From contig JBLNCY010000010.1 of assembly GCA_050261115.1 (NCBI GenBank), forward strand, positions 113,757 through 177,756: a stretch of DNA of 64,000 bases, in the 5' to 3' direction. Position numbers and translations under genes: made by a program. The DNA comes from Methanocella sp. Its GTDB lineage: Archaea > Thermoproteota > Bathyarchaeia > Bathyarchaeales > Bathycorpusculaceae. The notes below the pieces were generated by a model. The model saw only the letters and a list, made by a program, of their open reading frames with translations. It had not been told where the DNA came from and made no database searches. Positions 1 through 10,021 of this stretch are shown one piece after another (the stretch's first letter is position 1; the number at the start of each line of letters is the position of its first letter).

Positions 1-118
1 CTTCTAAACTATGCTTTTCCACCACGAAGGTAATGCCGAAACCTCATCTAACCGCATTTTTCCGGCAGTAGCGAATACTTTTTGTCTCATACCCTCCCAT
101 ATTATACAGAGAATCACG

Positions 119-1003
119 ATGCCGTTGATTAGTCCATTTGATCCCTGGCATTCAGGCCTCTGCACATGCCCACCCAAACTAACCTTTAACCCCTATACCG
201 GCTGCGACCACCAATGCCTCTATTGCTACGCAACCAGTTACATCCCTAACCACCGAACCCTACGGACAAAGAAGGACATGATAACGGTGTTGCGGCGGCA
301 GATCAGACGGCTTGATGGCGAAATTCTTGCTATGTCCAGCTCGTCGGATCCCTACCCAACCGTTGAAGCTGATCTTGGATTAACCAGGCAATGCATCAAA
401 GTCATCGCGGAGAGTCGCTGCAGGCTTCAGGTCTTTACCAAATCCGATTTCGTGGCAAGAGACGTAGACTTACTTGAGCAGATGCCATGCACAGTAGCCC
501 TAACCATAACCACAATAGACGACCAACTCGCCAGCATACTTGAACCCAAAGCGCCACCCCCCAGCAAACGCCTAAAAGCGATAGAAGTCCTAACGGTGCA
601 CGGTATCCCCGTTATCGTTAGAATTGACCCAATTATCCCCTTCCTAAACGACGACCCCACCGAGCTACTCAGAGCGTTGGGCGAGCGAGGTGTTAGGCAT
701 ATTACCAGCTCAACCTACAAAGCAAAAACGGATAATTGGCAGCGGCTCAAAGAGGCCCTCCCCCAAACCACCGAAAAACTCTACCCACTATACTTTAAGC
801 AAGCTGAAACAGCTGGGGGCAACAGGCTACTCCCACGAGAGCTAAGGTTTAGTCTCATGAAAAAAGTCAGAGACTTAGCTCAGGCGCAAGGGATGCAGTT
901 CGGCGTATGTCGAGAAGGCCTAACCGAACTAAACACCGCGCCATGCGACGGATCGAGGCTAATGCCTAAAGCAAAGGAGGCAGCACAATGCAAACTCGCG
1001 TAA
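119..1003 (+). CDS. Radical SAM protein, spore photoproduct lyase-like (COG1533-type)
   Basis: NPYTGCDHQCLYCY CxxxCxxC motif, SSDPYP, RIDPIIP; ATG at 119 preferred over the ORF-track start at 11. Confidence 0.85.
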   Translation: MPLISPFDPWHSGLCTCPPKLTFNPYTGCDHQCLYCYATSYIPNHRTLRTKKDMITVLRRQIRRLDGEILAMSSSSDPYPTVEADLGLTRQCIKVIAESRCRLQVFTKSDFVARDVDLLEQMPCTVALTITTIDDQLASILEPKAPPPSKRLKAIEVLTVHGIPVIVRIDPIIPFLNDDPTELLRALGERGVRHITSSTYKAKTDNWQRLKEALPQTTEKLYPLYFKQAETAGGNRLLPRELRFSLMKKVRDLAQAQGMQFGVCREGLTELNTAPCDGSRLMPKAKEAAQCKLA

Positions 1004-2091
1004 TCATGCTAGCCGACTTCGACTACTTCTTTGCCCAATGCGAGGAACTCCGCAACCCCGGCATAAAAGACAAACCCGTCGTCGTCGGCGTCTACTCCGG
1101 CCGTACCGAGGAAAGCGGTGCTGTCTCCACAAGCAACTATGTAGCAAGAAAGTATGGTGTCAAATCGGGTTTGCCGCTGTTTTTGGCCAAGCGGAAGCTT
1201 GAGGGCACTGACGCCGTCTTCTTCCCAGTCGACCATCAATACTACAGCCAAATAAGCGACCGCATCATGACGATATTCCGCACCTACGCCACTGCGCTTG
1301 AACAGGTCAGCATAGACGAAGCCTACCTTGACGTAACTGAGCAGGTTGAAGGCAGCTTCGAGATAGCCCAAAGCTACGCCCAAAAAATCAAGGCAGACGT
1401 GAAAGCCCAAGTTGGAATCTCGATTACCATTGGCGTTGGACCCAATAAGCTGATTGCGAAGATCGCCTGCGACAGCCAAAAACCCGACGGCTTAACCATC
1501 GTGCGACCTGAAGATGCCCAGGCGTTTCTTGCTCCGATGCCGGTAGATCGGTTGCTGGGGGTGGGTAAGAAGACGACCGCACGGATGGAGCAGATGGGCA
1601 TCAAAACCATAGCGGACCTCTCCAAATACGACTGTCAACGCTTAATCGAGGTCTTCGGCAAGGCCTTGGGAATCTATTTCCATAACGCCGCCAACGCAAT
1701 CGACAACGAACAAGTGCGAGAGCAAGGCGAGGCGGAATCCATAAGCAAAATCGCCACCCTCAAACAGGACACCCACGACTTGGGATTCATTACCCAAAAA
1801 ACCAACGAACTAATAGACATAGTCTACAAGGAAGTCATCGAAAAAGGCTACAGCTTCAAAACTATCTCAATCTACACAGTTAACGTGGACCTAAGCAGCA
1901 AAACCCGCAGCATAACCCTAGACCAACCCGCTAAAGACAAAGAAACAATCTGCCGTAACGTGCGTATGTTGTTTGAGAAGTATCTTTCAGAGTCGCCGCT
2001 GGATATTCGGCGGGTTGGCGTTAAGGTTTCGGGGTTCAGTAAAGAGCCGCCTAAGCAGAAGAGTCTGATGAGCTTTTTTGGGTCAACTTAG
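988..2091 (+). CDS. dinB: Y-family DNA polymerase IV (DinB/Dbh)
   Basis: DFDYFFAQCE, SNYVARKYGVKSG, SIDEAYLD, KPDG and GVGKKT motifs. Confidence 0.96.
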   Translation: MQTRVIMLADFDYFFAQCEELRNPGIKDKPVVVGVYSGRTEESGAVSTSNYVARKYGVKSGLPLFLAKRKLEGTDAVFFPVDHQYYSQISDRIMTIFRTYATALEQVSIDEAYLDVTEQVEGSFEIAQSYAQKIKADVKAQVGISITIGVGPNKLIAKIACDSQKPDGLTIVRPEDAQAFLAPMPVDRLLGVGKKTTARMEQMGIKTIADLSKYDCQRLIEVFGKALGIYFHNAANAIDNEQVREQGEAESISKIATLKQDTHDLGFITQKTNELIDIVYKEVIEKGYSFKTISIYTVNVDLSSKTRSITLDQPAKDKETICRNVRMLFEKYLSESPLDIRRVGVKVSGFSKEPPKQKSLMSFFGST

Positions 2092-2097
2092 CTCTGG

Positions 2098-2230
2098 TAA
2101 ATAGGCGTATTTTCTATCCCGGTGCAGTTGCACAGCCCCAGTGCCAAGAACCAACAAACACCAGACATACACTGCTACCGTCCAGTTGCTGAGTCTATAT
2201 AAGGGCAGAGGGTCTCTGTGAGAGCCACAG
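2098..2230 (+). repeat. Dispersed intergenic repeat, copy A (internal deletion relative to copy D)
   Basis: TAAATAGGCGTATTTT...AAGAACCAACAAACACCAGACATACAC...GTTGCTGAGTCTATATAAGGGC...GTGAGAGCCACAG aligns by eye with copies at 16.1, 55.2 and 61.8 kb. Confidence 0.8.
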
Positions 2231-2323
2231 AAGCAAAATACCTACCCTACTGGTAAGATGCAACATTAGATGTCTACAAGAATAATTATCTCGCCAAACA
2301 CCTATACATAATGGAGAAAAACC

Positions 2324-2914
2324 ATGCAGTCAAACAGCAAAAATAGGCTCCCGCCCGACCAAAAGGCCACTGACCACATACTCCGCTGGGGAACCGAACA
2401 TCCCGGCATAACCAGCACCAACCCACAAATCAACACCCAAACCTACACTCTAACAATCGAAGGCGAAGTTAAACACCCCACAACGCTTAGCTGGAACGAA
2501 TTCTTAGCACTGCCCCAAACCGTTTCAGTAAGCGACTTCCACTGCGTCGAAGGCTGGAGCGTACTGGACTGCAAATGGGAGGGCGTACGCATTCGCGACA
2601 TAGAAGCATTGGTAAAGCCCCATGAGGTAGCGCGGGCAGTAACGTTTGAATGCGCTGACGGCTATACCACATCACTGTATCGAACCGAACTATCCGGCGA
2701 CGACGTGCTACTCGCGCATAAACTAAACGACGCCCCCTTGGAGGAGGGTTTGGGGTATCCAGTTAGGCTTGTTGTGCCAAGCAAGTATGCTTACAAAAGT
2801 GCGCTCTGGGTGGTAAAGGTGCGGTTTACACGGGGGAAGGAGCTTGGGTTCTGGGAGCGGCGGGGTTATAGTGACCGTGCGGACGTATGGAAAAACGATC
2901 GCTTCAGCCGCTAA
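2324..2914 (+). CDS. Molybdopterin-dependent oxidoreductase, sulfite oxidase-like single domain
   Basis: DFHCVEGWS with Mo-ligand Cys, GYPVRLVVPSKYAYKSALWV, GFWERRGY. Confidence 0.9.
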   Translation: MQSNSKNRLPPDQKATDHILRWGTEHPGITSTNPQINTQTYTLTIEGEVKHPTTLSWNEFLALPQTVSVSDFHCVEGWSVLDCKWEGVRIRDIEALVKPHEVARAVTFECADGYTTSLYRTELSGDDVLLAHKLNDAPLEEGLGYPVRLVVPSKYAYKSALWVVKVRFTRGKELGFWERRGYSDRADVWKNDRFSR

Positions 2915-3056
2915 TGATGGGCGTTTCGATTAAATCACAAAGACATGCTCGCAAGGTGTTTTTGAAAGTCAGAAAATGTAATGTTATTGCATATTGGTGA
3001 GTAGATAAGGTTTATTAGTTGTCTATGATACTGATGTGAATTCCAAGGGGTGTAAT

Positions 3057-3173
3057 ATGGTGACCAAGCAGAACTCAAAGGCAAAGAAAGCCGCAGCCAA
3101 AGAAAACAGCAAAACGGTGGCCAAGAAACGCAAAGAGGACGCCCAAAAAGCTCTCTACATAACACGAATCTAA
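3057..3173 (+). CDS. Putative 38-aa Lys/Ala-rich small protein
   Basis: Manual translation MVTKQNSKAKKAAAKENSKTVAKKRKEDAQKALYITRI; GGGGTG RBS-like element and TTTATT TATA-like box upstream. Confidence 0.55.
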   Translation: MVTKQNSKAKKAAAKENSKTVAKKRKEDAQKALYITRI

Positions 3174-3360
3174 ACACAACAAACCACTTTATACATTCAA
3201 GTCGGCATTGTTAGGCAATTAGCAAGCACACAACCAATTCTCCTATACTTTAACACGGCATTTCTCTTCTTTTAGCGTAGGAACCCCCAAAACCCCGCCT
3301 TTCAAGCACAAGGATAATATAGCAAACCTTGATGTTGATAGGCTGGAAGCGTGCCTCAAA

Positions 3361-4515
3361 GTGAAAAGCAAAGTAAGCAGCCTAGGATACGTCAACCGCA
3401 TACAAGAAAACATCCTTTCCATAAAAAAGAAAGAGTTAGCCCCCCTCTATGAGGAGCTCCGAGCCGCAGACTGCGTCATATGCGGAGGCAGCGGACGATC
3501 ACTTTACTCATTAAACGCCGCCATGAGCCAAATCGCTCTGGCTACAGCAGGCTGGCGCAACAAAGTCGTTTTAACACCCGACGACCCAGGCTTCCCTGGA
3601 AAAAGCATGTATGAAGCCGCGGCCGATTTAGAGCGCCGGTACAAAAAAACCGTGCTGCTTATGAACAGCGGTAGCGGTTACAGCGACGATCCCCTTGTCA
3701 TGGCACAGGATCTAGCGAAGTATATCGAAGACAAAAAATCCACCCGATTCAGCATGGGTCTATTAACCTCCGCTCCAGACTCTCCTTTAGCGGAAATCAC
3801 CCAAAAATATGGTCAAGTTGTTCAACTCAAGGGCCGAGGCAAACTCAAACCCAGCTTTGAATACTCCGAAACAGGCATGATGGGCGACATATTCGAACTC
3901 GGCACACTTGAATTACTAAACAGCATGATAGAAGCTATCTTCCGCAATCTCGACGTAGACGAAGTCTACCCGCTATGTGTGGAAGAATTCGAAAAGATGG
4001 GTGAAATGATCGACAACAACGTAAACAGCGAAACATACGTTAAAGTCGTTGACTTACTGGAAAAGCGCACCAACATTTTCCTCGGCGGCAAGGGTACCGC
4101 AAGCGAAATCGCCAAAATGACCGCCATTCGGCTCTTTCACATCAAAAGCTTCCTAGGCGACAACGTCTACATCACAAGAGGCGTCAACACACCCCACCCA
4201 CGCGCAGGCGACCTCGAAATACTTCTCAGCTGCTCAGGAGAAACCCGCCCAGTCATCCTCTGGGCAGACGTGCTCAAAAAATTCAACGGCACCGTATTTG
4301 CCATCACCAGCAACGAAGACTCTGCCTTAGCCAAAAAAGCCGACCTCAAAATCATCCTACCCGAAGAAGCCAAACCAAGTTTCCCAAGACGCTTCTACAC
4401 CAGAGCCGCATATGTGCTTAGCCCCTTACCAGTAAAGCTGGCAGAACGCCTAGGCGAGCGAGGATTAAACCTACCCGAATATATCATCAGCTGGTACCAC
4501 AGCGTCACCCAATAG
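3361..4515 (+). CDS. Tandem SIS-domain sugar-phosphate isomerase-like protein (hexulose-6-phosphate isomerase related)
   Basis: Two SIS-like halves: GSGRS...SGSG and GKGTA...SCSGET...ITSNEDSALAKKAD. Confidence 0.7.
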   Translation: MKSKVSSLGYVNRIQENILSIKKKELAPLYEELRAADCVICGGSGRSLYSLNAAMSQIALATAGWRNKVVLTPDDPGFPGKSMYEAAADLERRYKKTVLLMNSGSGYSDDPLVMAQDLAKYIEDKKSTRFSMGLLTSAPDSPLAEITQKYGQVVQLKGRGKLKPSFEYSETGMMGDIFELGTLELLNSMIEAIFRNLDVDEVYPLCVEEFEKMGEMIDNNVNSETYVKVVDLLEKRTNIFLGGKGTASEIAKMTAIRLFHIKSFLGDNVYITRGVNTPHPRAGDLEILLSCSGETRPVILWADVLKKFNGTVFAITSNEDSALAKKADLKIILPEEAKPSFPRRFYTRAAYVLSPLPVKLAERLGERGLNLPEYIISWYHSVTQ

Positions 4516-4568
4516 GTGAAAGGGAAAAGTCCTAAATAGCCAGCGCCTAACCTCATAAGCGATGCGGC

Positions 4569-5360
4569 ATGGATCTACTGCAATCCCTAACTTTAGGCTT
4601 CATCCAGGGAACCACCGAGTGGCTACCGATTAGCAGCACTGGGCACCTCCGAATCGCAGAGCACTTTTTTGGTTTGTCTGTGCCGCTCCTTTTTGATGTT
4701 CTGCTACATTTCGGTACCCTGCTTGTAACGTTGATTTTCTTTCGCAGAGAAGTCATAAACCTCCTAAGAGCGCTCTGGCACCACGATTTTGGTTCCCCCG
4801 AGGGTAAACTCGTCTTGCCAATCATCGCTGGTTCAATCCCAACTGCGCTGATAGCTTTCCTGGCTGGACATAGCCTTGACGCTTACTTTAACACGTTGCC
4901 CTTGTTGGCGGCGGGGTTTGTTGCCAGCGGAGTTCTCTTGGTTGCCTCAAAATGGTCCAAAGACACCAAAGACCACATCAGCCTCCCAGTCGCCTTAGTC
5001 ATCGGTGTCATGCAGGGACTCTCAATAATACCGTCAATTTCGCGGAGCGGCATAACTATAGCCGTCATGCTCATCTTAGGCATCAAACGGGAACTGGCGT
5101 TCAAGTACTCATTCCTGCTCTCCATACCCGCAGTAGTCGGCGCATTAGGTCTCCAACTCTACCAAGAACACGGTGCATTAGCGGTTTCAGGCATCGGCTC
5201 CACAGAAATCCTTGCTTCCATGGTGGTTACTGTTGCTGTGAGCTTCTTTGCCCTAAAAATCCTGCAGAAATCTATAGCTGCAAACAAGTTCTGGCTGTTT
5301 AGCATCTACTGCTTTGCAATGGCCACGGCGCTGTTTGTGTTAGCTTTGTTGGGTTTTTAG
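4569..5360 (+). CDS. uppP: Undecaprenyl/polyprenyl-diphosphate phosphatase (BacA family)
   Basis: QGTTEWLPISSTGHL and PSISRSGIT motifs, SFLLSIP, multiple TM helices. Confidence 0.93.
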   Translation: MDLLQSLTLGFIQGTTEWLPISSTGHLRIAEHFFGLSVPLLFDVLLHFGTLLVTLIFFRREVINLLRALWHHDFGSPEGKLVLPIIAGSIPTALIAFLAGHSLDAYFNTLPLLAAGFVASGVLLVASKWSKDTKDHISLPVALVIGVMQGLSIIPSISRSGITIAVMLILGIKRELAFKYSFLLSIPAVVGALGLQLYQEHGALAVSGIGSTEILASMVVTVAVSFFALKILQKSIAANKFWLFSIYCFAMATALFVLALLGF

Positions 5361-6761
5361 CCAAAACGGCTTCCCATCTATGAACGCGGTGAGGGCAACT
5401 GCAAAGTCTGCCTGCTCCACATATACCTTCAAGATGTCGGCGTTAGTTAGGATTTTAGAGTCTGCTAAGACTGCTTTGGCTATGAGGTCTGCTACGCCAG
5501 TATCCTTTCCGCCATTCTCGAGCTTTTCTCGGAATAGCTCGGCAGCGTCTGTGTATTTGCGGGGTAACTCAACAATCCAACGGCCGTCTTCAACGTAGGG
5601 GCCGGCTAATACGTTGTTTTGTGTGTATTTGGCAAGGAACTGGTCGCACTCGGTTTGGCGTTCGAGTGGTGGCCCAAGATGCTTTTTTACGTTGGGTAAC
5701 TTTGCTTGTTCGAGTTCAAAGGTGAACACGCTAAGGGACTGTTCATTGCTCCAGACGGCGTCACGTAGAACCTTAAAATCATATGTTTCTAGCAGGGTGC
5801 GCAGGGAGCGTTTGGTGCGGTATAATTGCCCCCAGAACACATCGGGAACAGCGACTACTTCGCCGACTACCAGAAACAGGAACGATGAGCAACAATGTTC
5901 CAATCGGTCCGCAAGCAAGTCCGGCGAGACGGCATGGGCGAGTGGGGGGTAGAAGAATTCCTGGGTTGGTGTTTTGAGGAATGCGCGTGAGGCCGCGATG
6001 AATTCGTAGAGTTTTTGTGTTTGAACCGCGGAGGCTACGTTTCGGCCTTTATCGACTGGATCAACAATAACTAGCGGCTCAGAAAAGAGAAGCTCAAGTT
6101 CTCGTGGGCGTTGGTTATAGAAGTTCTCGGGGTCGATTACTACTCGTTTGTTGTAGACGGCAAATGCTTCAATTACCTTTTGGAAGGAGCCATAGTGCAT
6201 GGTGAGTAATTCGCAGAGGTACCCGCTAAATCCGCCGATCTTTATTTCTGCGCCATACACACCGATGCCCTGCATGAATTTTTTAAGCAACCTAACTTCG
6301 TCACGTAACTCATCTGGAAGGTGGCTTTGGATGTAGTCGGTGTGATAGGGTGTGCGATCTGTGGCGCTTTGCCATTCGCCAGGGGCGGTGTCATAGCAGG
6401 GTACGATGTCTACACGGAAGCCCTCAACAAAACTTTCCAGATATGGGTGCTCAGCAAATCGTTCGGTCTGCTCTGCGTCTCCCGCCGCTTTTTTAGCGAT
6501 TCTTAATCCGATGGTGCCAAGCTCTTTGCGGGGGATCGAGGTGGGTAGGCGCATGAATACATCGATGTCTGGGTTTTCGTCTAGGTAAGTGTCTTTTGCA
6601 ACGGAGCCTTCGACTCGGACGATGGCGTTTATGCCCTCGGCTTGGACTGCCTCTGCGATTTGCCGCTCTATTCTTTGGCTTATGACGCGGATTTTTTCTC
6701 GTGTTTCTGGTTTAGGCTTGATTTTCTGTAGAATCTGTTGGGTTAATGCGTCAAGAGCCAT
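5340..6761 (-). CDS. cca: Archaeal class I CCA-adding enzyme
   Basis: GSVAKDTYL..DID, AEHPY, DRTPYHT, GGFSGYLCEL, DPVDKGRNVA. Confidence 0.96.
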   Translation of the reverse strand: MALDALTQQILQKIKPKPETREKIRVISQRIERQIAEAVQAEGINAIVRVEGSVAKDTYLDENPDIDVFMRLPTSIPRKELGTIGLRIAKKAAGDAEQTERFAEHPYLESFVEGFRVDIVPCYDTAPGEWQSATDRTPYHTDYIQSHLPDELRDEVRLLKKFMQGIGVYGAEIKIGGFSGYLCELLTMHYGSFQKVIEAFAVYNKRVVIDPENFYNQRPRELELLFSEPLVIVDPVDKGRNVASAVQTQKLYEFIAASRAFLKTPTQEFFYPPLAHAVSPDLLADRLEHCCSSFLFLVVGEVVAVPDVFWGQLYRTKRSLRTLLETYDFKVLRDAVWSNEQSLSVFTFELEQAKLPNVKKHLGPPLERQTECDQFLAKYTQNNVLAGPYVEDGRWIVELPRKYTDAAELFREKLENGGKDTGVADLIAKAVLADSKILTNADILKVYVEQADFAVALTAFIDGKPFWLKTQQS

Positions 6762-6773
6762 CTTTTTGGCCAG

Positions 6774-7349
6774 CTATGGACAGTACTCTTTGAGGGTTGT
6801 GTATGCTGGGCCTTTAGGTGAGAGCTGGCTTCTTTTTAGTTTTAGGCAGTCGCCGCGGATGTTGCCGAAGTCATAGTTTTCATGGCGCTGCACTAGGTCG
6901 ACGAGGCGTTGTTTGTTTGCGCCGCTTCGAACTCGGGCAATGGTTAGGTGGGGTGTGAATCCTTCGGGTTCTGGTTTGAATCCGAGGTCGTGGAGTTGGG
7001 GCTCGAGTTGTTCCCAGATGCTTTGAAGTTGGGCTGCGCCGTCGGTTATGCCTGCCCAAACGACTCGGGGATAGTTTATGGTGGGGAACACTCCGAGTCC
7101 TGTTACCTGTATATTGAAGGGTGTAAATTTTACGTTTTTCATGGCTTCATAGACTTTCTCTACCATCTCAGGGGTGATTTCGCCAAGAAAACGTACAGTA
7201 ATATGGATGTTTTTTGGTTCGACGAGTTTAACGTCGGCGTTTGTTTGCATAATCATTTTCTGTGCCGTTGCAATTCGGTTAACGACACTGTCGTTTGATA
7301 AGTCGAAAGCTATGAAGCTTCTTATTTTTTCGGACATACTCATCTTCAA
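6774..7349 (-). CDS. thpR: RNA 2',3'-cyclic phosphodiesterase (2H family)
   Basis: Two HxT motifs (HITVRFLG, PHLTIARV), RSFIA start, S.L.PKGP.Y end; adjacent to cca. Confidence 0.93.
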   Translation of the reverse strand: MKMSMSEKIRSFIAFDLSNDSVVNRIATAQKMIMQTNADVKLVEPKNIHITVRFLGEITPEMVEKVYEAMKNVKFTPFNIQVTGLGVFPTINYPRVVWAGITDGAAQLQSIWEQLEPQLHDLGFKPEPEGFTPHLTIARVRSGANKQRLVDLVQRHENYDFGNIRGDCLKLKRSQLSPKGPAYTTLKEYCP

Positions 7350-7462
7350 CTGTTTTTAGAACTGAATCGATACATAAATTCTTTTATTAACAGCGATAGA
7401 GCGATAATTGATGCTCTGTTGCTTTTCCGTTTTGAACGGTGTATATGGCGGCTGGTTAATGG

Positions 7463-7501
7463 CTGTTGCTCTCACAGAGACTCCCCCTCTTATATATAGA
7501 C
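7463..7501 (-). repeat. Dispersed intergenic repeat, copy F (right end only)
   Basis: Minus strand reads GTCTATATATAAGAGGGGGAGTCTCTGTGAGAGCAACAG. Confidence 0.75.
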
Positions 7502-7573
7502 AAAACGGGTTTGCTCCTGGTTTTGTGGCTCTTCCCCGACATGATTCCGGGTTGGGGGCGGTATTTAGCGTGG

Positions 7574-7954
7574 CTATTTCTTTTTCTTTTTTTTCTCTTC
7601 TGCTTTTTCCTGCTGAACGGCTCTGTCAATCTGTAGCGCTAAACCTTCAATGAAAAGCTCGATGCGGTCACGTGTGCGTCCAAAATCAGCCATAGACGTG
7701 ATGGTTGTAACTGGCGTTTCCCCGCTGATTGCTACCCGTGTGGTCTGTTCATCCACCGGTGAAGCCTCAACGTTTAAGTTTGAGGGATATGCGATGAAGC
7801 CCTTCTTTGTTTTAATCTTAATTTTATGCGTGATATCGTCCTTTTCTAGGATGCTCCACTGCAGGTTTTTGACCACCTCGGGGATCGCCATCCAAACCTT
7901 CTGGAGGGGATAGTCTATCTCGATTTTTTCGTTATCTTCACGCAGGTATGCCAT
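7574..7954 (-). CDS. Hypothetical protein with poly-Lys C-terminus
   Basis: 126-aa ORF, GGTGA RBS-like element upstream, plausible composition. Confidence 0.7.
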   Translation of the reverse strand: MAYLREDNEKIEIDYPLQKVWMAIPEVVKNLQWSILEKDDITHKIKIKTKKGFIAYPSNLNVEASPVDEQTTRVAISGETPVTTITSMADFGRTRDRIELFIEGLALQIDRAVQQEKAEEKKKKKK

Positions 7955-8027
7955 GATAAGTCACCAGCCGATGCTTATGTGGTGTTCCTTTTTATTAAAT
8001 GCCTAGCCAGCTCCCACAGGCTCGAGA

Positions 8028-8534
8028 TCAGGGGTCCTGAAAGATTTGAAACTGCGGTGGCATAAAAGTAAAAACTACAAACGCGGCGGCTAAACTGATT
8101 AGCAACACCACCGCGGCCCAGCCTAGCTTTGGGGATAGTTGCCGGTAGGTTAACAGCTTGTAGCTCAAGAGCTGACCAAGAATCACCGTAATAACAAAGG
8201 CGGCTGCATCGACAAAAAGTATGCTGGCGCCGGTTAATGCTGTATAGCTATAAGATATTAGTGGAATTAGCAGAACCATGAAGTAGATGCTGGTGGTTTT
8301 GGCGAGCCAGAAATTGTTGGCTAACCCTCTAAGCGGCCATATCTCGATGAGGGCAAAAAAGATCGCGGGCCAGACTACAAGTTTAATGTGTTCTCAGACA
8401 CTCTCGTTCACCGCTGAGAAGACAGCGACGAATTCGCTGTTGCCAGAGAGTTCATAGGTGAAATGTAATGTGGAGCCCAAGATTGTGATGAAGAGTATGC
8501 CGACTAACTCGTAGAGAAGAATTTTGGTTTTCAA
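8028..8534 (-). pseudogene. Membrane protein (DUF6512-like) interrupted by in-frame TGA
   Basis: From TTG at 8534: ...GSTLHFTYELSG...FSAVNESV*EHIKL; the TGA at 8394-8396 sits where the family has W (NESVWEH); frame continues into the 8028-8279 ORF. Confidence 0.75.
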
Positions 8535-8627
8535 GTAAAAATGTCCTTTCTTGGATTGCTCTTAAGAATACACAAAAGTAAGGGAATGCAAAAAATAAAA
8601 GGATAATGTAGACTTAGCGCAGCAAGG

Positions 8628-9008
8628 TTACATTAGGGATTCTTTGAGTGCCGCAAAATAGTTGAGAACCTGCTTCATCTGCTCATGCGACATGGCAAGA
8701 GTCGACCGCACCGCGTCACGCTGCTTAATCGATGCTGACACCGAAAGTGTAGCAATCGCGTAATCAAGACTAGTGAAGAGTGACTCCCAGGGTATGTTGA
8801 CTCGGCGACCCTTGAGGTTGTAGAGGGCAAGTACGTAGGCGCTGGCGCGGCTAAGGCTATCCTTGAAGGTTTGCATGCTATTGCCTATGGTTGCGGGGTC
8901 ATAGTCTTGTCCCGAGATAAATCCTGCAATAATCCTATAGTTTTCGTTCATAACTTGGATTTCTGCAAGTATGTCCTGTTTAATCTTGGCTTCTGTGTCC
9001 ATTGCCAT
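8628..9008 (-). CDS. Hypothetical helical protein
   Basis: 126-aa ORF with amphipathic helical pattern; no motif recognised. Confidence 0.7.
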   Translation of the reverse strand: MAMDTEAKIKQDILAEIQVMNENYRIIAGFISGQDYDPATIGNSMQTFKDSLSRASAYVLALYNLKGRRVNIPWESLFTSLDYAIATLSVSASIKQRDAVRSTLAMSHEQMKQVLNYFAALKESLM

Positions 9009-9059
9009 CCTGTATCGCTTCCTATTAGGAGTAGACAGGCCGAAGTAGATAAGACTTCT

Positions 9060-9734
9060 TTAGGCAAACAAGGTCTTACTGCCCGATCCTTGAGTGTCCT
9101 TTTCAGTTATCGCTTGACAAATAACGTCTGCCATTATCTTTGCGCCCTCCCCGTTTGGATGCACGCCGTCAAAGAAGTAACTGCGATCGGTTAAAGCAGA
9201 AAACAAGTCAATCACACAAAAATGCAGTTCTTCTGCTGTCTGCTCAATGGCAGGAATAACTTCTTTGATAAGCACTTCCCCACTTAAGCCGCCCCACTCA
9301 CTAAATATCGGTGGTGGCTTAACCAGATATACCAAAGCTTCACTTGCCGACGCCTTTAGGTCCTCAATAAGCGTCAAGAGATCTGTCTTCAAGGTTACCT
9401 GCGAAGGGTCGCTGGCTGAGTTAGCGTCGTTTGTTCCCAACATAATTACAGCAATATTGGGCTGAAAACGTTTTGCTTGGTCGAATGCTTCACTATACTT
9501 GTATGGGTACTCTGAGTTCAGTGAGACGGTTGTGCCGCATGCACCAAAGTTCCCTACCTCATAACGCGAGCCAAGCGCCTTCTCGGCGAGTTCGGGGTAT
9601 CCGCTGAGTTCGGTTATGCTGTCGCCTATGCAGGCTACTTTTATTTTCTCTGTGGGGGATTTGTTTAGCTGTGTTTTGGTTGTTGCTTTGGCTGTCGGCA
9701 TATCGGTGTCAATTAGTATTTGTGTGGTCTGCAT
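9060..9734 (-). CDS. SGNH/GDSL lipase-acylhydrolase family protein
   Basis: CIGDSIT, NFG..G, MLGTND and DGVHPN blocks. Confidence 0.9.
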   Translation of the reverse strand: MQTTQILIDTDMPTAKATTKTQLNKSPTEKIKVACIGDSITELSGYPELAEKALGSRYEVGNFGACGTTVSLNSEYPYKYSEAFDQAKRFQPNIAVIMLGTNDANSASDPSQVTLKTDLLTLIEDLKASASEALVYLVKPPPIFSEWGGLSGEVLIKEVIPAIEQTAEELHFCVIDLFSALTDRSYFFDGVHPNGEGAKIMADVICQAITEKDTQGSGSKTLFA

Positions 9735-10021
9735 TTAAGTCCTATTCGGTAGCAGCAAAGCTACTGTTGTAGCTGGGTGCGTCTTGGCGTTTTATGGTCT
9801 ATGCTAAACGCTTGGCAACGTAAGCAGAGCGCGTTGGTTATCGGCATGTTGTTAGGCATATTTAATTATATGTCAAAGATCAACCTTTTGTCTGCCAACC
9901 ACAGGAGCCGTTATAAAGCAGGCTGATATCAAGCTAAAGCAATCAAATGCGGATTTAAGCACAAACCAAAACTAAAGGTTTAAAGGCAACGCATATGCTT
10001 ATTGTGCAAAAGGTGTAAAAT

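Noticed and set aside
5340-5360. 21-bp convergent overlap of uppP and cca
   Set aside because: Short 3' overlaps are common in compact archaeal genomes.
9735-9790. Possible decayed signal anchor (ATTVALLL) in frame upstream of the SGNH gene
   Set aside because: Short, flanked by stops with no start codon; could be chance.
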